Assembly (NCBI GenBank): GCA_965218095.1
Contig: OZ244587.1
Coordinates: 6,286,490 to 6,350,489, forward strand
Direction: 5' to 3'
From: Candidatus Poribacteria bacterium
GTDB taxonomy: Bacteria; Poribacteria; WGA-4E; PCPOR2b
Length of the DNA: 64,000 nucleotides
The notes beneath the pieces are model-generated. The model was not told where the DNA came from. It did not search any database and saw only the letters and a list, made by a program, of their open reading frames with translations. This document shows positions 50,386 to 61,654 of this stretch, piece after piece. The translations under genes and the position numbers were made by a program. The first letter of the stretch is position 1; every line of letters starts with the position of its first letter.

Positions 50386-50985
50386 TCACCGCTGATTTAG
50401 CGCCTGCTGCAATTCGTGCGTCGATCCTGCGAGCGTTCCGCGCAAGTAACGCACGGGGTTATCCACACGTCGGTTTGGCGGCGGCTCATTGGCAAGCGCA
50501 ATTTTCAGGTTGACGAGGATGGGGCCTTCCTGTTCTAAAATCGATGGCAGCCAATCATCAAGGGTGTCCGGCTGGTCAAATTCATAGCATTGCTCAAAGC
50601 CGGCCCCATGCGCAATGGTCGTAAAATTGAAAGGTTTTCCGCCAGGAATCGGCTGATTCCCCGTCACCTCATACAATCCGTTCTCACATACAAAGAGGTA
50701 GTAGTTGTGTGCAGATTTCTTCAATCCTGCGACAGTTGCCAGTGTTCCCAAACACATCAACATACTACCATCACCGTTGAGAACGAGCACTTTCTTGTCC
50801 GGTCTTGCCAGCGCAATGCCCAATGCGAAGTCCGCTGCATGCCCCATTGCGCTCCCAACAGAAGCGTAATCCAACGGATGATCTGAAATCTTTCCCCAGG
50901 GTGCAGCCGTCCCCATTGTCGTAATGACAATTTCATCGGTGCGGTGCTTCGCAATGATTTTCAGACACTCCTCTTTATTAAGCAT
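50386..50985 (-). CDS. TPP-binding decarboxylase beta subunit (sulfo-/phosphonopyruvate decarboxylase-like)
   Basis: SAMG..LGIALA.P, GDGSMLM, ENGLYEVTG. Confidence 0.85.
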   Translation of the reverse strand: MLNKEECLKIIAKHRTDEIVITTMGTAAPWGKISDHPLDYASVGSAMGHAADFALGIALARPDKKVLVLNGDGSMLMCLGTLATVAGLKKSAHNYYLFVCENGLYEVTGNQPIPGGKPFNFTTIAHGAGFEQCYEFDQPDTLDDWLPSILEQEGPILVNLKIALANEPPPNRRVDNPVRYLRGTLAGSTHELQQALNQR

Positions 50986-51090
50986 ATTTGACTCCTCCTG
51001 CGCGTTTCACAATTATAATGCGTGATGCGTCCTGAAATAATTCATCCCCTTCCTTCTCTTCCCTCTCACTTTCTTATTTTTGTCTATTCC

Positions 51091-52362
51091 TCACTTTCCT
51101 GGTGTTTGTGGTAAGAATCTGATTATTGGAGGCGTTTGGATTTTTGTCGCTGTCGCCTGAACGTACTGCTCAAACTCTTCCTTCGTTTGTATCCCAACTT
51201 CTCCTTCCCCCCAAACTGAGGAAAATCGGTAGACAATTTCACCGTGTTTATCCGGGGTCATCAACACCGTGTAACCCGCTTTTGAATCCGGCGCAACCGA
51301 ATCTTGAAATGAATCAAACTGAGCCACTGGATAAATAACGCCGAAGCCAACCTGGGCTGATGCCGTCCCTTGTTCATCCCAGGTCCATAGCCAGCCTTCT
51401 TCCTCATTTTTGACCGGGGCTACGCCACGACTCGGGATGCCGATAGCAATCCGATATTGATCGCCCAAACCCTGTGCTTCGATACGATGTTCTCCGGATC
51501 GATGTCCCGCATAGATCGAAAATGTCGACGTTAAAGAGATCGTCACAGGTGACTGCAAGACCAAATCTGGTATGATTCGTTGCACAATGGATCGAACGGG
51601 GCCATCGGCAAGAACCCGCACATACTCCCTTTGACCATCAAAGGGAATCCGCCGTTGACTATCGGTATCCCAAACCATGAATCCGCCTTCACCAATCAAC
51701 CCATCCGCTGTGGTGAGTGGCATCATAATCGCGCTGGGGGCATCCGATGGCGCTGTGAGTTGGTGAACGTATCGGTCGATAAATAGCCCCTTCGTTCTCT
51801 TTCCATAAGCGCGGATTGAACCATCAGGCTGAAAACGATAGGCAATGAACTCCGATTCAAGTGCAGCGAAGCCTCCCAACTCCGGAAATACCCCTGCCCG
51901 CGTGCGCCTGGCAAACCCAAGTGTGATGGCCATCTGGTTGTTGGATGAATATCGGATTGCAATTTCCTTTGTCTCATGGGACTCAAGATCCACAAGAAAA
52001 GCCAGTTGATCTTTCTGCCCGTCATAGTTTGTGTCATCCACCTGGCTGGGGATTTCACGCGGCGGTTGGCCGGAGACGACCAGATAGGCGTCAAACGAAA
52101 AATCGGATGCAATCTGCTTCAGTTCAGCGAGAGACAACACAATCGGCACATTATCACGCTGGATTGGTAAGGTATTCTGTATAGTCAACCGGATCTGCGG
52201 GATGTCGCGATTGTCGCCAGGTGAGGTGCAGCCAACCAGATGCAATGTACACAGGAGAAACACGCCCAAACAATAAAGCGGGAGAGCAGTCTTGAGATTA
52301 TAAAGAACCCCTTTTTTGCGTAGTCTCCACTGTTTTTTTGAATTGATGAACAAATAAATCAA
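51091..52362 (-). CDS. DUF4861-like lipoprotein (start uncertain)
   Basis: Lipobox LVGC; IPSQVDD...DG..D.L.F, LES..AYR, YGKR, ADGPVRS. Confidence 0.7.
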   Translation of the reverse strand: MIYLFINSKKQWRLRKKGVLYNLKTALPLYCLGVFLLCTLHLVGCTSPGDNRDIPQIRLTIQNTLPIQRDNVPIVLSLAELKQIASDFSFDAYLVVSGQPPREIPSQVDDTNYDGQKDQLAFLVDLESHETKEIAIRYSSNNQMAITLGFARRTRAGVFPELGGFAALESEFIAYRFQPDGSIRAYGKRTKGLFIDRYVHQLTAPSDAPSAIMMPLTTADGLIGEGGFMVWDTDSQRRIPFDGQREYVRVLADGPVRSIVQRIIPDLVLQSPVTISLTSTFSIYAGHRSGEHRIEAQGLGDQYRIAIGIPSRGVAPVKNEEEGWLWTWDEQGTASAQVGFGVIYPVAQFDSFQDSVAPDSKAGYTVLMTPDKHGEIVYRFSSVWGEGEVGIQTKEEFEQYVQATATKIQTPPIIRFLPQTPGK

Positions 52363-52683
52363 ACTAAATGTCTCCTAAAATATGAGGATTTAATCAAAAT
52401 TTCAAACTGATCGTGTAAATCATCCTATCATAAGTCGTAGGGATTGCCAACTGAAAAATCAGCATATAGATGGTAGAATATACTCCGGATCGCAATCTCA
52501 TAAATCGTTGCTGACGGATGGGATGCGCTGTATTTCTAAATTGATATTGGGGATGGTGTACTATCACTACATGCGTGGTGCGCTCGGTGGTCGTGCTTTC
52601 ATCAGCCGAGAACGTATTGCGTAGGATGCTTCACATTTCACGCATCCCCTTTATAACTTGGGAATTATTTCTGCCGTGCAGCA

Positions 52684-54791
52684 CTACTTCCCCACTAGGA
52701 GGAATTTGAGGTCTGCTTCAAAGACGGATTTATCTCTGTAACCGACATACTCCTTCTGAATTCTTCCTTCCTTATTGATAACCCAAGTTGCTAGTAATTG
52801 AAAATCCATGGGTTTTCCGTTAAAGTAGAGGTAATCCAAACCATAATACCTCAAAGGAGAAACCAAAGGAGAAACCCATGGACATCCAAATTGCAACCAT
52901 TTTCTATCTCTGTGACAAGCTCTTAGAAGCACTCAACTCAAAACCACACCCACAAACGCAGATGTCTGATGCCGAAGTCATGACCACCGGCATCGTCGCT
53001 GCGTTGTTCTTCGGGGCAAACTTGCAAACCACTTGTGACTTTCTAAAGACTCATGGCTATATACCCAAGATGCTTTCAAAAAGTCGATTCAACCGACGAC
53101 TTCATCGAATTAAACCGATGTTCACCACATTGTTCAAAATCTTGGGACGAAGCTATGTGCAACTTAATCAACAGAAAATCTATGCACTGGATACCATACC
53201 AATTGCTGTTTGTTCCGCATTCGTCGGTCAAAAATCTATACCGATAAGGCATATCGAGGCTATCAAGCGTCCAAACGTCGGTATTTCTATGGCTTGAAAG
53301 TTCATCTGCTAGTGACTGCGAGTCGACACCCTGTTGAATTTTTTGTGACCCCAGCCAGTACAGGGGACGTTGAAGGGTTACAGTGGTTTGACTTCGACTT
53401 GCCACCGGGCTATGGTGACAAAGCATACAATAATTATGAGATAGAAGATATTGTTACATCAGTCGGAGTCGAATTAAAGCCAGTACGCAAGAAGAATTCC
53501 AAGCGGCTGTATCCACCATGGGAGACCTACTTGGCTAATTACCATCGTAAGTCTGTTGAGACGGCTGGCAGTTTGATTAACAAACTGCTTCCACGTTCAA
53601 TCCATGCAGTAACGCGACACGGATTTGAATTGAAAGTGGTCTTGTTTGTATTGGCTAGCAGTATCAATCAGCTCTGAGTTCACTCACATATTCGATGAAT
53701 AGGTCGCAACTTGGGTTATTGATAAGAAAAGTGGTGGGAATGGAAGGGACGCCACCGTAACGTTGGATGACGCGCTGATTGCTCATTAGGATGGGATAGT
53801 TAATCCGGTGCTGTTCGGCGAAAGACTTGACAACCTCAACGCCTTCTCAATCCACGGAGATACCCACCACTTCAAATCCTTGGTCTTTATACTGCTCGTA
53901 AAGTGTGATGAAATGCGGAATCTCTTTTACACAAGGTGGGCACCACGTCGCCCAGAAGTCGAGGAGGATGGCTTTCTTCTTGAAGTCAGACAACGAGACC
54001 AACTTCCCTTCAAGGTCAGTCAACGTGAACGCTGGCGCAGGCCGACCCACCAACAACTCAGGGGGCCTGCCAAGCGGTGGGGCAGTGGGAGCGCTCGGAA
54101 TATGCTGTCTGGATTCTTCAGGCTGTCGTTCTTCAGCAGTGTTCAGCTCTGTCTCAGGAAAACCGGTCTTCTGAATGACCTGCTCTGCTACATAGATAGG
54201 CGCTTCAAATCTCAATGCAAGCGCAATAGCATCACTGGAGCGGGCATCAATCTCCAGCGTCTTGCCATTGGATTTCAGATTGATTCGTCCGAAATAGGTT
54301 GAATCTTCGATGGTATGTACATAAACCGCATCAACTGTCGCGTTGAGATGCTCGATGATGTTTTTCATGAGATCATGCGTCATTGGACGAGGCGGCGCTT
54401 TGCCCTGGAGCTTCCACTGAATCGCGAGGGCTTCTGGTTGTCCAATCCATATTGGCAACATATATTTCGGATTGCCTTCTTTCTCTTTCAAAAGGATAAT
54501 CAGTGTCCCAGTATCCGCATCAGTAGAGATGAGTGCAACTTCAACTTCAACCACTTTGTCTTTGAAGTCAGACAGGGGGGCTATCTTTCGCTCAAGGGCA
54601 GCCAATGTGAACGCCGGCGCAGCTTGCCTTGAGCGAAACGAAGCAGGCGTGGATGACGGCGCCACCACATAATGAACGCTTCTGTGTTTGTTCGGGATAA
54701 GTTCTTGAGTCATTTCAAAACAGCCGGTGCAAAGCATGAACGCAGTAATGGATAGGCAAACGAACGCCACAAGCTTAAATGTCGTGTGCAT
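52684..54791 (-). pseudogene. Lipoprotein fusion of DUF151 bifunctional nuclease and TlpA thioredoxin, broken by a TGA (53847) and IS982
   Basis: LPIWIG..EA, RPMTHDL, DARSSDAIALA; DFWATWCPPC; the frame continues past the TGA to PTTFLIN|IS|KEGRI. Confidence 0.88.
52781..53716 (+). mobile_element. IS982-family element, frameshifted transposase 52878..53677
   Basis: IR acccaagttgc / gcaacttgggt; 8-bp TSD tattgata; SDAEV, SRFNRR, YFYGLKVHL, GDKAY, RKSVET. Confidence 0.92.
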
Positions 54792-54950
54792 TGTTCCACT
54801 TCCTCCGTTCAACAGAGATTTTATCGTGCCTCTTTTCGCTTTCATTTTTCTCAAACTCCTTCCAGCTTCCTTTCTCTATTTTACCACATCTTTATGTTTT
54901 ACTCAATATGACTTCTATAACAAAAAAGATAAAAAAGTCATCAACAAACT

Positions 54951-56059
54951 GAGGGGTGTGCATAGTAGTTCATTGGAAAACAGCCGCCATATGAGAGATA
55001 TTGCGAGCAGGTAACTTCCATATGGCATTGGCAATCATAGCCACTTGCACTGATAACACCCCGATAGCTAAACAACAGCGTACATTGAAAAACCCCTTGA
55101 CCGGTAACTGCTTCTGTTGAGGAGTGGTGCCTATCACTTTAGCAATCAAGTCAAACAACGGTTCAACCGAACTGCGACGTTTGCTTAAACAGAGACGCTG
55201 CTTGGGTTGGTTGATAAATCGATGATACGCCTTGGCAAACCGTCCCTTTGTCCATCTAAGTGCCGGGGTAATCAAAGCGACTTGTGCTTTCGCCCAACGA
55301 CGGATACGGTCTGCTTGGGTATAGGCATCATCGGCAGTGAGTGTCTGCGGTGAAAGTTGTGTCAGAATCTCAGACGCTTTAGCATCTATCGCCCAACTTT
55401 CGGAGACCGACGCACGGTGCACAGTTATCAGTGTTGGGAACGCACCTTGTGTGCAGATAATGTGAAGTCCGTAGCCATAGACCCAGCCATGATAACCACT
55501 CTTGCTCCACGTGGCATCGGTGTCGAGGTTGCGTAGATGTTTAGGTACTTTTCCTGCTTTGCGGTCAGTTTGATGCCAGACGGGTCCTCGTGCCTTAAAT
55601 AAACTTTTGTCGGCTACCAGATGAGCCAAGTTGAATTGTTGGGACAAGTCAGTGGCATACTGACCGATAAACAATACAAATGCCTCTATCACTTCATATA
55701 ATGCCTTATAGCGACGTGCAATCGTGGTTCGATGAGGGGGCTGTTGCCACCCCAGCATTTGTAACACTTCTGGGTGATTGATTAGCCACCGCCATTGCGT
55801 TTTGAAGCCATAGATGCCGTGAAACTGCATCAACATGAAGAAAATGATAAACGAGGTGGTTGAATATGTCAATGGTTTTGCGTGTGTGACACCTGGTTTG
55901 TCAATACGGTGTTGCATAAACTGCTCAAAGAGTTGCATAATAAGAGTGACATAATCAGCCAACATTGGTCTTTGTACCATATTGGGGCTCCTTTTGCTAT
56001 GATAACAATAGGAAACCCTTTTGGCTTGATTATGTCAACTATATTTATGCACACCCCTC
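54951..56059 (-). mobile_element. 1109-bp DDE IS copy 2 (transposase 54970..55980)
   Basis: Protein identical to 26363..27373; same TIRs; flanks aacaaact/aacaaatt. Confidence 0.92.
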
Positions 56060-56331
56060 AACAAATTGGATCGATTTCTCGTTGTAGTATTGAGCTTTGT
56101 TTTGTTACATTTCCCTAAAGACGAAGCGGACTATGTTGCTCAAGATTCAATCTGGGTTGGCGTGCAGAATTTCCCGCTACTATCGCTTAATCTTTTAAAA
56201 TCGTATGAGGTTTAGGGGGCCAGACTTGACAGGTTTCAAAAACCTATCAGGTCTACTAACTCTGCACAGACTTAAAAAAGGAACCACCATGAAGTGATAA
56301 AACAAATTTATGAAAAGGAGTCACAACATCA

Positions 56332-58461
56332 ATGCACAGGCATTTTATCTCTGTTTTTATCTTTTCGATTTCAATTCCAATCCAACTCTCTGCCCAAGAA
56401 AATCTACTCATCAAAATTCCCGAAAACGCCAATCACCAAATCCGCTTTCTGCAAGCACAATATGGGGTCAAGTTGCGTTATCGCACACCGGATTTCGCCA
56501 TTGTTCAAGCAGATCGGCGTGTATTGCCTGAACTACCCGATGTTCAGGTCCTGGATGAGATCTCTTCCGATTTCAACTATTACATCATCTGGTTCCATTC
56601 AGCAAAAGAGCGGACGACAGTCGAAGGGTATGGGGAGATTTTAGATCAGTTTAGTGGATTTGCACTGCTCAAATTGCATACCAACTTAGAACCGGTTTTG
56701 TTCGACCTGCCGGCACATCACCGCGCTAAACTGCCTGCCGAAATCATCATCCCCGAATTCGATTCCCCCGCGCTTGCCCCGAGCATACGTGCATCACCCC
56801 AGCAGCAGTCAATCATCCGAGGCTTGCTCAATCAAGCGGATGGCTTTCGATGGCTTTGGCAGATTATCGCGCTTGTTGAAAATGAAGATCTGGAACAACC
56901 GGGGAAGTTTTTCCAAAGCCGATACTCCCTCCGGGTACGAGACGCAGTTCAATTTGATGACAAACCGAAGCCCGACCACGCCTGCGATAACGCGGCGGAC
57001 TACATCGCCGAGCAGTTTCGCAGCTACGGTCTGGCGGTCGAATTTAATCCGTTTAACCACCGTCGTCGAGCATTGCTGGGGGATTTGTCGGGGGAATACG
57101 TGATGCGGAATGTCGTCGCCACACTGCCGGGAAAGGGACCAAACAGGAACAAAATCTACCTGATGACAGGACATTACGACAGCATCGCCTCCCAAAGCCC
57201 CGGTTGGGATACGGGTTGGCGGACGTTGCCTGCGCCGGGGGCATCCGATAACGCTTCGGGCATCGCGGAAATGCTGGAAACCGCACGTATTCTCAGCCAG
57301 CAGGATTTTGACTTCACGATTCGATTTATCGCTTTTTCAGGGGAAGAACTGTTTCTATTCGGCAGCAAGCATTACGCCGAATTGGTCCAGGAGCGTGGGG
57401 ATGAGATCGCGGGCGTCTTAAACTTAGATCTCCTCGGCCACGATGAGGACGGAATTTTGGACATCCATGTGCTTGGGGATGAACAGTCGCAGTGGCTCGT
57501 CAACGCTTTTGGCACAGCCGCGGAGCGATACGACATTCCGATCGATTTGCGCAAAAAGAACGATCCGAGCTTCATCTTCAGTGATCACTCTCCATTTTGG
57601 GACATCGGCATTCCTGCTGTGATGGTGGCGGAGGAATCATCCCTTGACGCGCCAGAGGAATCGACAGCATATATCCACGGCCCCGAAGATGATCTCTCGA
57701 AGATCTCGCGGCCGCTGTTAGGTGAGCTCGCCATTCAATTGGCTACAGCGACGCTTGCTGAACTCGCTCGCCCGATCGTGGCGCCCGATAATGTTGATAT
57801 TTTTTGGGAATCGAGAGAAATCAGCATTTCTAACCCGACGCCCGTTAGAGGGAGTGAGATTACGATCAGCGCCAATGTGAAGAACGCAGGCCCCGTCTCT
57901 GTCGCCGGCATCACGATTCAGTTTGTCGTCGGCACCCCTGACGGGCGCTCCGAAGCCCTCTCCGAACAAACCGTAGTGCTCGGTGTCGATCAATCACAAA
58001 CGGTCAGCACCGTCTTTACACCGACGGCGTGGGGGGTATTCACCCTCCGCGCCCTTGCAAACAATGATGCGCGGGTCTTCGAATCGGATTTCGGGAACAA
58101 TCGGATTGAAACCGAGTTGGTGGTGAGGGATAGCCGCGTGGCAATCGAAAACATTGCTGCATATCCGAACCCGATCCGTTTCGGCCAACCGCGGGCTTCC
58201 CTCAAACTGGCTTATGTGCTGAGTCGTGATGCAGAGGTCGTGGTTACCATTTACGACGTTTCCGGTGCGCCGATCTTTGAGCAGACATTTCCTGCGGGAG
58301 ACAACGGTGGGAGATTAGGTGCGAATGATGCGTTCACCTGGGATGGAAGGAAGGGAGTTTTTGACCATGTCGTACCTGGCGTTTACATCTTCCGGATCAC
58401 CGCGACCAATGCGAATGGCGAATCGCAGACGGAAGGGACGAAGGTGGCTGTGATTCGATGA
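56332..58461 (+). CDS. Secreted M28 peptidase with CARDB and FlgD/T9SS-like C-terminal domains
   Basis: NVVATL.G, GHYDS, GASDNASG, GEE, SDH.PFW; ESDFGNN; YPNP..WDGR..PGVYIF. Confidence 0.9.
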   Translation: MHRHFISVFIFSISIPIQLSAQENLLIKIPENANHQIRFLQAQYGVKLRYRTPDFAIVQADRRVLPELPDVQVLDEISSDFNYYIIWFHSAKERTTVEGYGEILDQFSGFALLKLHTNLEPVLFDLPAHHRAKLPAEIIIPEFDSPALAPSIRASPQQQSIIRGLLNQADGFRWLWQIIALVENEDLEQPGKFFQSRYSLRVRDAVQFDDKPKPDHACDNAADYIAEQFRSYGLAVEFNPFNHRRRALLGDLSGEYVMRNVVATLPGKGPNRNKIYLMTGHYDSIASQSPGWDTGWRTLPAPGASDNASGIAEMLETARILSQQDFDFTIRFIAFSGEELFLFGSKHYAELVQERGDEIAGVLNLDLLGHDEDGILDIHVLGDEQSQWLVNAFGTAAERYDIPIDLRKKNDPSFIFSDHSPFWDIGIPAVMVAEESSLDAPEESTAYIHGPEDDLSKISRPLLGELAIQLATATLAELARPIVAPDNVDIFWESREISISNPTPVRGSEITISANVKNAGPVSVAGITIQFVVGTPDGRSEALSEQTVVLGVDQSQTVSTVFTPTAWGVFTLRALANNDARVFESDFGNNRIETELVVRDSRVAIENIAAYPNPIRFGQPRASLKLAYVLSRDAEVVVTIYDVSGAPIFEQTFPAGDNGGRLGANDAFTWDGRKGVFDHVVPGVYIFRITATNANGESQTEGTKVAVIR

Positions 58462-58572
58462 AAGGGGATTTCTAAGTCTGCTAAAGTCATATTGATACAC
58501 TTTCTTCAGTATGCTACCATTTGGCAAACCTTCACCAAGATACACGATCGGATGGCAAAAGGAGTGAGCATC

Positions 58573-59186
58573 ATGGTTCCACAAACATCTGTCGCCCAAA
58601 AACCAATCACATATCCCGAAAGCGATGGAAAGCCGATGGCGGACAATACCAAACAATTTCGCTGGATCGTCACCGTGCAGGGCGGTTAGATGTCACCTTC
58701 GCCGACAGGTCCGATGTGTTCGTCGCTGGCGACCTGCTGTGGTCCCCGGTGGAAGACCGTCCGGATATTCGCCGGGCACCCGATGCGATGGTTGCTGTTG
58801 GGCGTCCGAAGGGAGACCGTGGCTCCTATCGGCAATGGGAGGAGGATGGCGTTGCGCAAATTCCATTTTACACGGAGTACGGTGTGGAGGAGTATTACGT
58901 CTGCGACCCGGACAGCGGTGCGTTGAACAGGTGGCAACGTCATGGGGAGTTTCTGGGGGAAATCGCTCGCATGGAACGCAGGGTCAGTCCGGGTTTAGGG
59001 GTGCGGTTTGAGATTGAGCCGGGGGAACTGATGTTGTACCGTTCTGACAGTGGACGTTTCGCTACCTATCTGGAGTTGAGCGGCCAACGCGACCATGCAC
59101 GACAACGCGCCAATCAAGAGCGGGAACGGGCAGCACGGCTGGCAGTGCAGTTGCGGGTGTTAGGTATCGAACCTCAAGAAGAGTAA
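58573..59186 (+). pseudogene. Uma2/DUF820 endonuclease, frameshift near 58685 and internal deletion
   Basis: YPESDGKPMADNTKQFRWI, VFVAGDLLW.PVE, APD, YGVEEYY; the VFEILSP segment is missing. Confidence 0.85.
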
Positions 59187-59195
59187 ATATTTCCA

Positions 59196-59477
59196 TTGCG
59201 GATTATAAAAAAAACCCCATCTTCGCGAAATCCCCAAAGCAGAGAAAATGCAATATGGAACCTGTTTTCTGCGGTGCAAGAGAAGGTCGCCTATGACGCG
59301 AGCCAATCTCGCAATCGACCGGCAGATACCAGTTCAATTATCAACCATTTGTTCAGAAATTATCAATTGGATGGATTAATCATGCGTTATACCATGGAAG
59401 ATTATCGCCGCGATACTGCTAGAGAATGCCTCCGTACTTTGTCCGCAGTAAAGTCGGCACAGGGGTTCCGATACTAA
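59196..59477 (+). pseudogene. C-terminal remnant of a hypothetical protein
   Basis: NAIWNLFSA..YQLDG..YTMEDYRRD; no credible start. Confidence 0.35.
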
Positions 59478-59563
59478 CACCTATATCCCCATCCCACAAG
59501 AAGGTCAGTCTATTCCACCCAAACGGGACGCCAGCGGGAGTAATAGAAGAAAGAATGAGCCAA

Positions 59564-59599
59564 TAAAAAAAGCAGCCAAATAGTTGGCTGCTTTTTTTA
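59564..59599. terminator. Bidirectional intrinsic terminator
   Basis: A7-gcagccaa-atag-ttggctgc-T7 between convergent genes. Confidence 0.85.
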
Positions 59600-59638
59600 T
59601 GCTCAATAGATGTGACGGTCTGTCTAAACCAGCAGATT

Positions 59639-61111
59639 CTACTCAACCGCCCCGATTTTTGCAGCTTCTGGCGCCCTGGTCGGCAGATTCTGCTTGGCCA
59701 ACTGATCTTCCGGCACATAGCGGGAGTAGTCTGAAATCGAGCCGTGTGTCAGCGAGTAGACCGCAACGTTGGTCATGAAACGATAGACGCCGGGAGAGTA
59801 TTTAACAGAACGGGTCGGCAAACTGACCGATTCCATCGAACACATATAGTCACGGCGCACGAGCAGGACTGAAAGTTTATCACCAACGGAAAAACCTTCA
59901 AGGAAATTCCGCCTGCCTGGTCTAGAACCCCACCAGTAAATGTCGAACCCAACCGGCGGTCCACCCATCTGATAGAAATTGTTGTAGATTTCGTGGTCAT
60001 TGGAAATACGCTCAACCTGATACTCTGGCATCACATATCGCATCTGAGCGAGGAAAATACGAGGCATCGCCTGGACTCCGGGGTCTATGCCGCAATCGTC
60101 AAAGATGAGGAAGCCACCCCTTTCGACCAGATACCGCCGCATTGCGGCAGCTTCTTGCTCGGTAAATCGGGTGTCCAGGTGACCCAACCCCCCGCTCCTA
60201 GTCCTTACTGAGCGAGCGTGTTTCGGATCATGCCCCGTCATGAAGAGTAACGGAGATTTCTGCAGGTTGGCGTCGCTAAACTTCAGCGCACCGCCTTCAA
60301 CGTTCATGTCCGTCCTGATTTTCGTCCGTTCATTGAGCCACTTGGTAAAGGCGTTCAGCGAAGAAGAATCTGCCCACCAGTCAGAGAGGTTGTGACGAAC
60401 ACGGGTGAAGCGGAACACCCCACGAATGTCACGACCTTTGCCAATCACTGTACCACCCGGTTCACCACGCGGCAGCGGCGGCACTTCAACATTACCCAGC
60501 GTGATGTTCTCAACCACATCACTCAAGGCGTCGCGGGTTGCCCCGACATGCTCAACCATCGCAAGCCCCGCCGGACGCTCGAAAGCAACCTTTACCTGCA
60601 CGATACCGCCAATACCACGACCGATGTTCGCCGGCGCAGCGCTTGGAGCTGTCGCAACGGGAGCGGAAAATGCCAGCGCACCTGGCGCATCGGAAACAGG
60701 CAGGTCAGCGTACGTCACCACCTGCGGTACCGGAACATTGGGGTTGACTACCTTCGGAATATTGGGATTGATGGGTGCATCGAGCTTAACAACTTTATTC
60801 GAGAATTCAAGCACCGTCTGCGGTTGGACAGAGGTGGGACGAACAACAGCCGCCGTCGTTACTCTTGGCTGAACTTGAACTTGCTCAACAACAACGGTAC
60901 TTGTGGTTGGAACCGTTGGCTTGACAACAGGCTTGATGACCGGTTTACGCACTTGGGGTTTGGGGGGTTCCTTCGCTTGAAGGACTTCAGCCCCAACGAG
61001 ATCTTTGAACTGCTGTGTCTGGGTGACGAGATATACACCCGCAATAAACGCCGCGATTCCGTGAAGAATCAACGAAGTCATGAAAGCTCCTGAGGTCTTC
61101 TTGGCACTCAT
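59639..61111 (-). CDS. DUF4159-domain protein with N-terminal TM and Pro/Val-rich linker
   Basis: SLILH anchor; P.LFMTGH, RRYL..GGFLIFDDC, H.IY..FY. Confidence 0.8.
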   Translation of the reverse strand: MSAKKTSGAFMTSLILHGIAAFIAGVYLVTQTQQFKDLVGAEVLQAKEPPKPQVRKPVIKPVVKPTVPTTSTVVVEQVQVQPRVTTAAVVRPTSVQPQTVLEFSNKVVKLDAPINPNIPKVVNPNVPVPQVVTYADLPVSDAPGALAFSAPVATAPSAAPANIGRGIGGIVQVKVAFERPAGLAMVEHVGATRDALSDVVENITLGNVEVPPLPRGEPGGTVIGKGRDIRGVFRFTRVRHNLSDWWADSSSLNAFTKWLNERTKIRTDMNVEGGALKFSDANLQKSPLLFMTGHDPKHARSVRTRSGGLGHLDTRFTEQEAAAMRRYLVERGGFLIFDDCGIDPGVQAMPRIFLAQMRYVMPEYQVERISNDHEIYNNFYQMGGPPVGFDIYWWGSRPGRRNFLEGFSVGDKLSVLLVRRDYMCSMESVSLPTRSVKYSPGVYRFMTNVAVYSLTHGSISDYSRYVPEDQLAKQNLPTRAPEAAKIGAVE

Positions 61112-61654
61112 TTGTTACCTCCAACAATTGAATTTAAGTTTGTATTTTGATTGGATAGCCCCTTGCATCATCTCACGTGCTATGCAAACACTTGTGCATC
61201 CTGATGTGCGGATTAAGCGCAATTTATATACCATCATCTCATAACCGGAAAACCCCCAGAAATCAGGGATTCTCTATTGTGGATGGGGCATGCCAATGCC
61301 CAGATCGGTTTAGGGGGCGATCTTGAATTGCACCGTTTGGTGCAAAAACTCTCGGTTTATGGAAGCTACAGACCTAAACACAGAAATCACTGCGCTTTTT
61401 CGAGATTTCTCAACGTTACTAACCTTAATTGTAAGCCAAGAAGTCTATTCGGTCAAGAAAAAATGAAGTGTTGCATAAAATGGAGATGGTGACCGTTGCA
61501 TAGACCGAACGCCGGATTTGACGAGGGTTCTGGGGAGACGAGCCCCTTAGATCGGGGGATACCCCCAAGTTGACATCCGCCTTAAAATCGGAGCTTTAGG
61601 CCTCCGTCAATGAGAACGCGCTGATTGAGTGAAAGGTGACAAATCAGGTATTAT

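Noticed and set aside
53847-53849. In-frame TGA in the TlpA domain as a third selenocysteine
   Set aside because: The CPPC active site is intact, the TGA is at a non-Cys position (SVD*EG), the nearby hairpin loop is only about 11 nt away, and the gene is also IS-disrupted; more likely a nonsense mutation
11191-61093. Long antisense ORFs (e.g. 11191..11886, 13706..14596, 19439..20152, 20498..21322, 60392..61093)
   Set aside because: Shadows of opposite-strand genes with no recognisable motifs
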